A stretch of DNA of 64,000 bases, taken from contig CAVUSH010000003.1 in assembly GCA_963744095.1 (NCBI GenBank), positions 90,821 to 154,820 of the forward strand, in the 5' to 3' direction. Position 1 is the stretch's first letter, and each line of letters opens with the position of its first letter. Under the pieces are notes generated by a model. It was not told the DNA's origin, did not search any database, and saw only the letters and a list, made by a program, of their open reading frames with translations. This DNA comes from an uncultured Chloroflexia bacterium. GTDB lineage: Bacteria; Chloroflexota; Limnocylindria; Limnocylindrales; CSP1-4. Shown piece after piece: positions 1 to 8,055 of the stretch. Position numbers and translations under genes: made by a program.

Positions 1-590
1 GCGATCGGATGCGGGTAGACCCGGGCCTCCTTCGGAGCGCCGGCAACGTGGGCGCGAATCTGCATCTCCAGCTCGGCGATCGCCTTGCCGCCCGTTCCGG
101 AGACGGCCTGGTAGGTGTCGACGATCACCCGCTCGAGTCCGACCGCGTCCCGGAGCGCCATGAGGGGCGGCACGAGCTGCATCGTGGAGCAGTTCGGGTT
201 GGCGATGATCCCCTCGTGCGCCTCGAGGTCGCCGGGGTTGACCTGGCTCACGACCAGGGGAATGCCCGGCTCCATCCGCCAGGCGCTGGAGTTGTCGACG
301 ACGGTGCAGCCGCGGGCGGCCGCATGGGGCGCCAGCTCGCGGGAGGTGCCGCCGCCGGCGGAGAAGAGGGCCAGGTCGACCCCGTCGAAGGCCTCCGGCG
401 TCGCCTCCTCCACCTCCACCTGGCGCCCGCCGAACGGCAGCGTCGAGCCGGCCGAACGCACGGAGGCCAGGAAGCGGATCTCCCGGATCGGGAACTCGCG
501 CTCGAGGAGGATCCGGGCCATCATGCGTCCGACGACGCCGGTGGCGCCGACGACGGCGACGCTGAGGGGGCGGGGGGAGTGTCCGGACAT
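1..590 (-). CDS. asd: aspartate-semialdehyde dehydrogenase, N-terminal part (gene continues beyond window start)
   Basis: Minus-strand ATG at 590 gives MSGHSPRPLSVAVVGATGVVGRMMARILLERE..., the typical Asd NAD-binding N-terminus. It is absent from the ORF track because it is truncated by the window edge. A TATACT -10-like hexamer (plus AGTATA) lies near 630. Confidence 0.8.
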   Translation of the reverse strand, partial: MSGHSPRPLSVAVVGATGVVGRMMARILLEREFPIREIRFLASVRSAGSTLPFGGRQVEVEEATPEAFDGVDLALFSAGGGTSRELAPHAAARGCTVVDNSSAWRMEPGIPLVVSQVNPGDLEAHEGIIANPNCSTMQLVPPLMALRDAVGLERVIVDTYQAVSGTGGKAIAELEMQIRAHVAGAPKEARVYPHPI

Positions 591-709
591 GGCTCCGCTT
601 TCAGGGCGTGAGAGGACCAACGGGCACCGACGGAGTATAGCAGCGCCCCCGGGAAGCCCCGGGGGCGCGCTCGGTGCAGGCTGCGGCCACGCGCGGTGGC
701 CGGTCTCCC

Positions 710-3289
710 CTACCCCTTGGCGAGGTGCCGCTGCATGGCCGCCTTGCGGGAAAGGTTGACGCGGCCCTGGCGGTCGACTTCCGTGACGACGACCATCACC
801 TCGTCGCCGACCGAGACGACGTCCTCCACCGACGGGACGTGGTAGTCGGCGAGCTCGCCGATCCGGACGAGCCCTTCCTTGCCCGGGAGGATCTCCACGA
901 AGGCGCCGAAGGTCATGATCCGGGTGACGGTGCCGAGATAGAGGGCTCCGATCTCGACCTCGCGGGTGAGGCTCTCGATCCAGTGGATCGCCTTGCGGGC
1001 GTTCTCGCCCTGCACGGCCGCGATCTCCACGGTGCCGTCGTCCTCGACGTTGATCTCGGTCCCGGTCTCCTCCTGGATCTTGCGGATCATGGAGCCGCCC
1101 TTGCCGATGATGTCGCGGATCTTCTCGGGGTTGATCTTGATCTTGGTGATCCGCGGCGCGAAGTCGCTCATCGTGTCGCGGGAGGCAGGCAGGACCTCGG
1201 CCATCCTGTCGAGGATCGTCATCCGGGCGGCGTGGGCCTTGGCCAGGCCGGTCCGGATGATCGCCTCGTTGATGCCCTTGACCTTGATGTCCATCTGGAG
1301 GGCGGTGATCCCGTCGCGGGTGCCGGTCACCTTGAAGTCCATGTCGCCGAAGGCATCCTCCTTGCCGAGGATGTCGGTCAGGACGGCGAAGGTGCCATCG
1401 GCCTCGGAGATGAGGCCCATGGCGGCTCCGGCGACCGGCGCCGAGATCGGCACGCCGGCGTCCATGAGGGCAAGCGTCGAGCCGCAGGTGGAGGCCATCG
1501 ACGTGGACCCGTTCGACGTCACGCACTCCGACACCAGCCGGATGACGTACGGGAAGTCGTCCTTCGAGGGCAGGACCGGGAGGAGCGCCCGCTCGGCAAG
1601 ATGGCCGTGGCCGATCTCGCGCCGGCCGGGGCCCCGCATCATCTTGTTCTCGCCGGTGGAGTACGGCGGCATGTTGTAGTGGTGGAGGTAGCGCTTCTCC
1701 AGGGTCGGGCTGATCGTGTCGATCCGCTGGACGTCGGAGGACGGGCCGAGCGTGGCGACGGTCAGGGCCTGGGTCTCGCCGCGGGTGAAGAGGCCGGAGC
1801 CGTGGGCGCGCGGCACGAGGCCGACTTCCACGGTGATCGGGCGGATCTCGTCGACGCCCCGGCCGTCCATGCGGATCCCCTCGGCCAGGGTCAGCTTCCG
1901 GGCGGTCTTCTTGTGGACCAGGCCGAAGAGGCCCTTGCTCACGCGCGCTGCCCGGCGCGCGGCGTCGAGCTTCGCCTTGGCCTCGTCCGTGGAGGTCCGC
2001 TGGGTTCGGATCGAGTCGGCGATGCCGTCGGCGAGGGTCGCCAGACGCCCGGGGAGCTCGCCGGCGATCGCCACGAGCAGCTCGGCCGTGGCCTCCGCGT
2101 CCGGGAGGGCGCGGTGGGCCTGCTGGAGCTGGATCCCGAAGAAGCGCGAGAGCTCGCCGAGGGTGTAGCTCGGGAGGTCCGGGTAGCCGTCGCGGGTAAG
2201 GGTGAGGGTGTCGAGGTAGCGACCCTTCGCGATCCGCGTCCCGTCGCCGAGGGCGGCCTCGAGGAAGGCGATGTCGAAGCCGACCGAGTGGCCGACGATC
2301 GTGGCGTCGCCCACGAAGGCGAGCGCCTTCCTGGCTGCCTCGGCGGGGCTCGGGGCGCCCTTGACGTCCTTGTCGGTGATGCCGTGCATCTGGTTGCCGA
2401 AGATCGGGCGGCCCGGGTTGACGAAGGTCGACCAGCGGTCGGACACCTTGCCGCGCTTCACGCGGACGGCGGCGACCTCGACCAGGTCGGCCATCTCCGC
2501 GTTGGTGCCGGTGGTCTCCACGTCGACGATCACGAACTCGGCGCCGGCCTTCACCATGGCCGCGAAGTCGAGGACCGATTCGGTGCCGGGATCGAGGTAC
2601 GGCAGGCGCTTCGCCTTGCCGACCGCCTCCTGCAGCTCGAGCTGCAGGTCGATGAGCGGCTGGAGGGCGCGGTGGGCGAAGAGGATGGCGTCCGCCATCA
2701 CGTCCTCGGGGAGGATCTTCGCGCCGGCCTCGACCATCATGATCGCGTCGCGGGTGCCGGAGACGACGAGGTCGAGCTCGCTCTCCTCGAGCTGGGGGAT
2801 CGTGGGGTTGATCACGAACTCGCCCCCGACGCGACCGACGCGGATGGCCGCGATCGGGCCCTGGAACGGGATCTCGCTGATCGTGAGGGCGGCCGAGGCG
2901 GCGATGGTGCCCAGGATGTCCGGGTCGTTCTCCTGGTCGGTGGAGAGGACCGTGATGACGCACTGGACGTCGTCCTTGTACCCCTCGGGGAAGAGCGGCC
3001 GGATCGGGCGGTCCGTCAGCCGGCAGGCGAGGATGGCGGCCTCCGACGGGCGCGATTCGCGCTTGATGAATCCGCCGGGGATCTTGCCCGCGGCGTACAT
3101 CCGCTCCTCGAAGTCGATCGTGAGCGGGAAGAAGTCGAGGCCGGGGCGCGGCTCCGAGCGGTTGGCGGTGCCGAGCACCACCGTGTCGCCGTAGCGAACG
3201 GTGACGGCGCCACCGGCGAGCCGGGCCATGCGGCCGGTCTCGATGGTCAGCGTGCGACCACCGAACTCGACGGAGAGGGAATGAGACAC
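710..3289 (-). CDS. pnp: polynucleotide phosphorylase (PNPase) with an inserted DEDDh (DnaQ/epsilon-like) 3'-5' exonuclease domain
   Basis: 859 aa. It has RNase PH domain 1 with the FFRR-type loop (KRESRPSE), RNase PH domain 2, a KH domain (GKGGSMIRKIQEETG) and an S1 domain. Residues ~250-412 (nt ~2054-2542) carry Exo I VDVETTG, Exo II HSVGFDIAFL and Exo III HRALPDAEA motifs in place of the normal all-alpha linker. It sits directly upstream of rpsO. Confidence 0.9.
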   Translation of the reverse strand: MSHSLSVEFGGRTLTIETGRMARLAGGAVTVRYGDTVVLGTANRSEPRPGLDFFPLTIDFEERMYAAGKIPGGFIKRESRPSEAAILACRLTDRPIRPLFPEGYKDDVQCVITVLSTDQENDPDILGTIAASAALTISEIPFQGPIAAIRVGRVGGEFVINPTIPQLEESELDLVVSGTRDAIMMVEAGAKILPEDVMADAILFAHRALQPLIDLQLELQEAVGKAKRLPYLDPGTESVLDFAAMVKAGAEFVIVDVETTGTNAEMADLVEVAAVRVKRGKVSDRWSTFVNPGRPIFGNQMHGITDKDVKGAPSPAEAARKALAFVGDATIVGHSVGFDIAFLEAALGDGTRIAKGRYLDTLTLTRDGYPDLPSYTLGELSRFFGIQLQQAHRALPDAEATAELLVAIAGELPGRLATLADGIADSIRTQRTSTDEAKAKLDAARRAARVSKGLFGLVHKKTARKLTLAEGIRMDGRGVDEIRPITVEVGLVPRAHGSGLFTRGETQALTVATLGPSSDVQRIDTISPTLEKRYLHHYNMPPYSTGENKMMRGPGRREIGHGHLAERALLPVLPSKDDFPYVIRLVSECVTSNGSTSMASTCGSTLALMDAGVPISAPVAGAAMGLISEADGTFAVLTDILGKEDAFGDMDFKVTGTRDGITALQMDIKVKGINEAIIRTGLAKAHAARMTILDRMAEVLPASRDTMSDFAPRITKIKINPEKIRDIIGKGGSMIRKIQEETGTEINVEDDGTVEIAAVQGENARKAIHWIESLTREVEIGALYLGTVTRIMTFGAFVEILPGKEGLVRIGELADYHVPSVEDVVSVGDEVMVVVTEVDRQGRVNLSRKAAMQRHLAKG

Positions 3290-3401
3290 GAGCTACTCCT
3301 TGCTCGCGTCGGCGCGGGACCGAGGGCCGAGCGCGGTTGACGCCCGGGCCGAGATGCACGGGACCCGGGCCGTTCGGCCCCGGGTCGTCGATGCTGCGGT
3401 G

Positions 3402-3698
3402 CTAGCGGCGCAGCCCCAGGCGGGCGATGACGGCCCGGTACCGGGAGGCGTCCTTCTTCACGAGGTACGCGAGAAGGCGCCGGCGATGCCCGACGAGCTT
3501 GAGGAGGCCGCGGCGGGAGTGGTTGTCCTTGGGGAACTGCTTCAGGTGCCCCGTCAGGTCCTTGATCCGCTCCGTGAGAAGCGCGATCTGGACTTCCGGG
3601 GAGCCGGTGTCACCGGGCTTGACGGCGAACTCGCCGACGATCCGGTCCTTGGTATCCCGCACGAGCGGCACTCGGTCCTCCGACACGATTGACTTCAA
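3402..3698 (-). CDS. rpsO: 30S ribosomal protein S15
   Basis: [25 protein letters not shown]...[20 protein letters not shown] signature. The exact start is uncertain; the N-terminus is ~9 aa longer than usual. Confidence 0.9.
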   Translation of the reverse strand: MKSIVSEDRVPLVRDTKDRIVGEFAVKPGDTGSPEVQIALLTERIKDLTGHLKQFPKDNHSRRGLLKLVGHRRRLLAYLVKKDASRYRAVIARLGLRR

Positions 3699-3870
3699 CT
3701 TCCGTTACTTCAACCCGCCGAGAGTAGCAGGGAGGCGGAATCCGCGCAAACGTGACCGGCACAGCAGGGACGGCGGGCGGGCGTTCCGGCCCCGCGGTCG
3801 CCGGCCCCGCGCGCGACCGCGGTTGACGCCCGTCCCGCGCGCCGGCGCCGGGCACGTCTAGCATGACGGG

Positions 3871-4596
3871 ATGACGACCGAGCAGCCGGCTCGCCCGCCA
3901 CGCGTCCTGGCCTTGATTCCCGCCCACGACGAGGCGCCCCGGATCGCGGCCGTCGTCCGGGGGGTCATGGCTCACCTCCCCGCCCTCGTGGTCGACGACG
4001 GCTCGTCGGACGACACGGCCCGGGTCGCGCGCGAGGCCGGCGCCCAGGTCCTGGAGCAGCGCCCGAACGCCGGGAAGGGGGCCGCGTTGCGGGCCGGATT
4101 CCGCCATGCGCTCGAGGCCGGCTACGTCGGCGTGGTCACGCTCGACGGCGACGGCCAGCACGACGCCGGGGAGATCCCCGCGTTCCTCGCAGCATTCGCC
4201 GCCCGCGGCACCGCGGATCCACCGGACCTCGTCGTCGGCTGCCGCGACTTCTCGCGCATGCCGCCGGCCAGGCGCCTCGCGAACACGATCGGAGGCCGAA
4301 CGTTCTCGTGGGCCGTCGGCACCCACGTGCCCGACAATCAGTCCGGGTACCGCCTCGTCGGGCGCCGGCTCATGGAGGCGTCGATCGGCAGCGAGGAGCA
4401 CGGCTTCGAGTTCGAGGTCGAGATGCTGGCGGTCTGCATCGCCCGCGGCTGGCGGGTGGCCTGGGTGCCGATCCGGACGATCTACGCCGGCGGGCCGAGC
4501 CACATCCGGCCCGCTGCTCACGTGCGCCACTTCTTCCGGGCGGTTGCCGCCGCCCGGCGCACCGTGCGGAAAGCGCATCGGGCGCCGCGTTCCTGA
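3871..4596 (+). CDS. family 2 glycosyltransferase (polyprenyl-phosphate sugar transferase-like)
   Basis: LIPAHDEAPRI...VVDDGSSDDTA...DGDGQHD motifs typical of GT2/DPM1-like enzymes. TAGCAT lies 6 nt before the ATG, so the transcript is possibly leaderless. Confidence 0.8.
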   Translation: MTTEQPARPPRVLALIPAHDEAPRIAAVVRGVMAHLPALVVDDGSSDDTARVAREAGAQVLEQRPNAGKGAALRAGFRHALEAGYVGVVTLDGDGQHDAGEIPAFLAAFAARGTADPPDLVVGCRDFSRMPPARRLANTIGGRTFSWAVGTHVPDNQSGYRLVGRRLMEASIGSEEHGFEFEVEMLAVCIARGWRVAWVPIRTIYAGGPSHIRPAAHVRHFFRAVAAARRTVRKAHRAPRS

Positions 4597-4609
4597 CCCC
4601 GTCGCCTGC

Positions 4610-4668
4610 CTGACGGCTCCGCTCTCGCCCCCGGCGGTTCGTGCTCGCCCCCGGCGATTCGCCGTCAG
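4610..4668. terminator. structured convergent intergenic region between GT2 and ribF: inverted repeat CTGACGGC/GCCGTCAG enclosing two 13-18 nt direct repeats (CTCGCCCCCGGCG)
   Basis: Seen directly at 4610-4617 / 4661-4668 with repeats at 4623-4635 and 4644-4656, between the convergent stop codons at 4596 and 4665. Confidence 0.35.
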
Positions 4669-5474
4669 CTGATGAAGGCAACCCGCAGCCGGTCGTGCCG
4701 GAGGGCGTCGGGATCCGCCCGAACCAGCAGCGAGCCGGGCTCATCGACCACGACCGACGCGCGGCGGGCGGGCCCAGGACGGAGGCCCGGGCTCCACGCC
4801 GCCGAGAGCGCCGCGCGGTAGGGGCCGATGGGCGGCAGGGCGACGGGGAGCGGGAACCGCAGCAGCGCCTCGCGGCCGTCGAGGCTCCGCTCCGCCACGA
4901 ACCCGGTGACCGCGACGCGGCGGCCGAGGAGCGCGCGCGCCCCGGCCAGGTCGCCGGTTGCGATCGCGCGACGAATCTCGGAGCTGCGGACCGGGTGCCC
5001 GGCCAGCTCGAACGGGGGCACGACCACCACCGCGAACCCCACCTCCAGCCCCAATCGGGCGAGCGTCTCGGGCGTGCCGCGCCGCTCGTGGCCGAAGGCG
5101 GCGTCGGGCGTCATCAGGAAGCCGGCCAGCCGGGTCCGCGCCCGGATGCTGGCGACGAACGCGTCGTAGGACGTCCGGCGCAGCGCCTCGTCGAAGTGCT
5201 CCACGACGGTGACCGCCACCCCGTCGCGCTCGAGCCGGGCCAGCCGCTCGTCCGGGTCGCAGAGAAGTGGCGGCGCGGCCCCGGCCAGGATCTCGTCCGG
5301 ATGGTGGTCGAAGGTCAGGACCGTGGGACGGGCGTGAAGGCGGAGGGCCGCCCGCCGCAGCTCGCGCAGGAGGTAGAGATGGCCGCGGTGAAGCCCGTCG
5401 AAGACCCCCACCGCGACGAGGAGCGGCCCGTCCGCGGGTCGCAGGGCCGCGATACCCGGCAGCGCGTCACGCAC
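4665..5474 (-). CDS. ribF: bifunctional riboflavin kinase / FMN adenylyltransferase
   Basis: LLVAVGVFDGLHRGHLYLL...VLTFDHHPDEIL motifs. The GTG start at 5474 overlaps the truB stop. The ORF track shows it fused in-frame to the truB frame (4665..6575), which is an artefact of missing stops. Confidence 0.8.
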   Translation of the reverse strand: MRDALPGIAALRPADGPLLVAVGVFDGLHRGHLYLLRELRRAALRLHARPTVLTFDHHPDEILAGAAPPLLCDPDERLARLERDGVAVTVVEHFDEALRRTSYDAFVASIRARTRLAGFLMTPDAAFGHERRGTPETLARLGLEVGFAVVVVPPFELAGHPVRSSEIRRAIATGDLAGARALLGRRVAVTGFVAERSLDGREALLRFPLPVALPPIGPYRAALSAAWSPGLRPGPARRASVVVDEPGSLLVRADPDALRHDRLRVAFIS

Positions 5475-6452
5475 GGAGCGCCTCGCCGTCGAAGGCCACT
5501 GCTTCCCGCTCGAGCAGCACCTTGTCCGTGACCAGGCGGCCGCCGTCCGCCACCCGGGCGATCGCGGCGAGGGAGCCGTCGGGGGCCAGGAGGCGGACCG
5601 CCCGCCGGACGTGATCCCCTCCCCCGCGGCTCCGAGGCGCTCGACGCGCCCGGTCCAGCCGCCGTGTGCCACCACCCGCAGCTCCGCGGCGGCGAGCGCC
5701 ACGGCGGGCAGGTCCTCGAGGCCGGCACCGGCGGGCAGGAGAAGGCCGACGAGCCGTTCGGCGGCCGCCGCGGCCCGGACCTCGTCCAGCGGCCGGGCGT
5801 CGGCCAGGGTGAAGGGACCGGACGCCGTGCGCCGGAGCGCCCCCAGGTAGGCGGCAGCTCCCACGGCCGCACCCAGGTCGCGGGCCAGGGCCCGGATGTA
5901 GGTGCCCGCAGAGCAGGCGACGTCCACCACGGCGATCGGGTGCTCCGGGTCGGAGTCGTCCCAGCGGACCAGGACCAGCTCGTGGAAGGTCACGGTGCGG
6001 GGCTTGAGCTCGGGCGTCTCGCCGCGGCGCGCGAGGGCGTAGGCCCGGCGCCCACCCACCTTGCGGGCCGAGAACGCGGGCGGGCGCTGCTCGTGCACTC
6101 CCTCGAACGCCGCGAGAGCGAACGCCACGGCCTCGCGGCTCGGTGGCGCCCCCTCGGCGGGCGTGATCTCCCCCTCGAGATCGTCGGTCGTGGAGCTCCC
6201 CCCGAAGACGACGGTGGCGCGGTAGGCCTTGCGCGCGCCGAGGTGGAACTCCACGACCCGCGTCCCGAGGCCCAGGTAGAGGGGCAGGACTCCCGACGCA
6301 AACGGGTCCAGCGTGCCGCCATGCCCGATCTTCCGCGTTCCGGCGAGACGTCGGACCAGCGCCACGACGTCGTGCGACGTGGGGCCGATGGGCTTGTCGA
6401 CCACGAGGATCCCGTCGACGCGGGCCTCCACGCGCGCGCTCCCCGCGGTCAT
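5467..6452 (-). CDS. truB: tRNA pseudouridine(55) synthase TruB, apparently frameshifted (-1) in a G-run near 5611-5630
   Basis: The catalytic domain ILVVDKPIGPTSHDVV...GHGGTLDPFASG is in the frame of ORF 4665..6575 from the ATG at 6452. The C-terminal PUA-like part RAVRLLAPDGSLAAIARVADGGRLVTDKVLL is in the frame of ORF 5467..6573 and ends at 5467. The two frames join at GCCGCGGGGGAGGGGATCAC. Confidence 0.7.
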
Positions 6453-7474
6453 CGCACGACGGCCCTGGCCAGGCGTTCCGCGACGGGCAGCACGGCCGCC
6501 CGGGCCTCGCCGAGCGGCAGGGGCAGCGAGGCGCCGGCCGCCCGCGGATGCCCGCCACCCCCCCACGTTGCACACAGGACCGTAGCGTCCACGCCGCCCG
6601 GCTTCGTTCGGACGGACAGGCGCGTCTCGGCGTCCTTCTCCTTCAGGAGGAGGGCGACCTCGGCGGTCTCCGACTGGGCCAGGATGTCGATGATCCCCTC
6701 GGAATGCTCCGACCGCGCGCCGGTCGCCACCAGGTCGGCGAGCTCCATCACCGAGGCGACCACGAGCCCGTCGGCATGGCGTTCGAGGCGGGCCAGCACG
6801 CGGCCGAACAGCGCGAGCTGGGCGTCCGGCTTCGTGCGGTAGAGGCGCCGGCTGATGTCGGAGAGCGGCGCCCCGGCCTCGACGAGGGCGGCCGCGACGC
6901 GCAGCGTCCGGGGCGTCGCATTCGGGTGGGCGAACGTGGCGGTATCCATCACGATGCCCGCCATCAGGGACGCGGCCAGGTCCCCCTCGCCGGCCGTGAG
7001 CGGGATCCCGAGGCGGACCGCAAGCAGGGCCACCATCTCGCAGGTGGCGGCGGCGTCCGGGTCGATCCAGGCCAGGTCGCCGGCACGGTCATTGCTGGCG
7101 TGGTGGTCGATCGTCAGGAGGGGCGCGGCGGCGAAGAGCTCGGCGTTGCGCTCGCGGATGGGGCCGGCGCGCGAGAGGTCCCCGCAGTCACAGAGGACCA
7201 CGAGGTCGTACGCCACGCCGGGCTCGGGGTCGGTGCGCACCCGGGCGATCCCCGGGAGGAACGCGTAGAGCGCGGGGGCGCCGTCGCTCACGGCGACGGT
7301 GGCGCGTCCTCCGCGAGCCTCGACCAGCAGGGCGACCGCCAGCGCCGCGCCCAGCGCGTCGGCGTCGGGGCTCTCGTGTCCGACGGCCAGGACCGAGCGC
7401 GCCACTCGCAGCCGCTCGACGACCGCATCGGGGACGGTCGCGGCGAGAACCGCGAGGTCGGACCCGGCGATCAT
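6449..7474 (-). CDS. nrnA: bifunctional oligoribonuclease / pAp phosphatase NrnA (DHH-DHHA1 family)
   Basis: 341 aa from MIAGSDLAVL, with a DHH motif (TIDHHASN) and a GGGH C-terminal motif. The upstream part of ORF 6449..8152 is out-of-frame rbfA sequence. Confidence 0.85.
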   Translation of the reverse strand: MIAGSDLAVLAATVPDAVVERLRVARSVLAVGHESPDADALGAALAVALLVEARGGRATVAVSDGAPALYAFLPGIARVRTDPEPGVAYDLVVLCDCGDLSRAGPIRERNAELFAAAPLLTIDHHASNDRAGDLAWIDPDAAATCEMVALLAVRLGIPLTAGEGDLAASLMAGIVMDTATFAHPNATPRTLRVAAALVEAGAPLSDISRRLYRTKPDAQLALFGRVLARLERHADGLVVASVMELADLVATGARSEHSEGIIDILAQSETAEVALLLKEKDAETRLSVRTKPGGVDATVLCATWGGGGHPRAAGASLPLPLGEARAAVLPVAERLARAVVR

Positions 7475-8046
7475 CGGTTTGCCCGGCGCGGCGGGGACCG
7501 ACGTCCTCGCGGCTTCGGTTGGCGGCCGCGGGCACGACCCGGCGGACGTCGCGGGTCCGTCGCCCCGACGACGGGGGTGGTCTCGCCGGTCGGGGCTGCC
7601 TCGTCGTCGCCGGCCTCCTCGTCGCCCTCGCGAGGCAGGCGGGGCACGGGGGTCGGCAGCGTCTCCGAGCGCGGCATGTCGGCCAGCGCCTCGCCGGCCG
7701 CGTCGTGGCCCCGGCCGAGCTCCTCGATGATCCGGAGGACCCGCGTTCCGCGCGCCGCCGAGTCGTCGAGGGCCACGTGGAGCGCCGGGATCCGCTTGAT
7801 CCGGAGCCGGACCCCGAGCTCGTGACGCACGAACCCCATGGCCCGTTCCAGGGCGGCAAGCGTCTCGGCCCGCTCCGGGGCGCCGCCGATCACGCTGACC
7901 CAGACCCGCGCGTGGCGCAGGTCCGGCGTCGTCTCGACGGCGGTGACGGTGGCAAAGCCGACGTGCGGGTCCTGGACGTCCTTGGCCAGGATCCTGCCGA
8001 TCTCCTGGCGGAGGAGCTCGTCGACGCGGTCGGTGCGCTGGCTCAT
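7471..8046 (-). CDS. rbfA: ribosome-binding factor A with a charged C-terminal extension
   Basis: MSQRTDRVDELLRQEIGRILAKDVQDP... is an RbfA core of ~115 aa, followed by an acidic then Arg/Pro-rich tail. It sits between infB and nrnA, as usual. Confidence 0.85.
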   Translation of the reverse strand: MSQRTDRVDELLRQEIGRILAKDVQDPHVGFATVTAVETTPDLRHARVWVSVIGGAPERAETLAALERAMGFVRHELGVRLRIKRIPALHVALDDSAARGTRVLRIIEELGRGHDAAGEALADMPRSETLPTPVPRLPREGDEEAGDDEAAPTGETTPVVGATDPRRPPGRARGRQPKPRGRRSPPRRANR

Positions 8047-8055
8047 GGCCGGGCG

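Noticed and set aside
674-3340. Long plus-strand ORFs antisense to real genes (for example 674..3340, 7519..9972, 9903..12374, 23737..26523, 27462..29933, 28714..31305, 51270..55559 and many others).
   Set aside because: They are artefacts of ~70% GC with rare stop codons. Their translations are low-complexity (Arg/Gly/Ala/Pro-rich) with no recognisable domains, and each lies opposite a well-supported conserved minus-strand gene.
4665-6575. Single 636-aa ORF that seems to fuse truB and ribF.
   Set aside because: It is two genes. The TruB catalytic domain and the RibF domain are separated by ~70 residues of nonsense (W/R/S-rich) out-of-frame sequence. The truB C-terminus continues in another frame, and ribF has its own GTG start at 5474.
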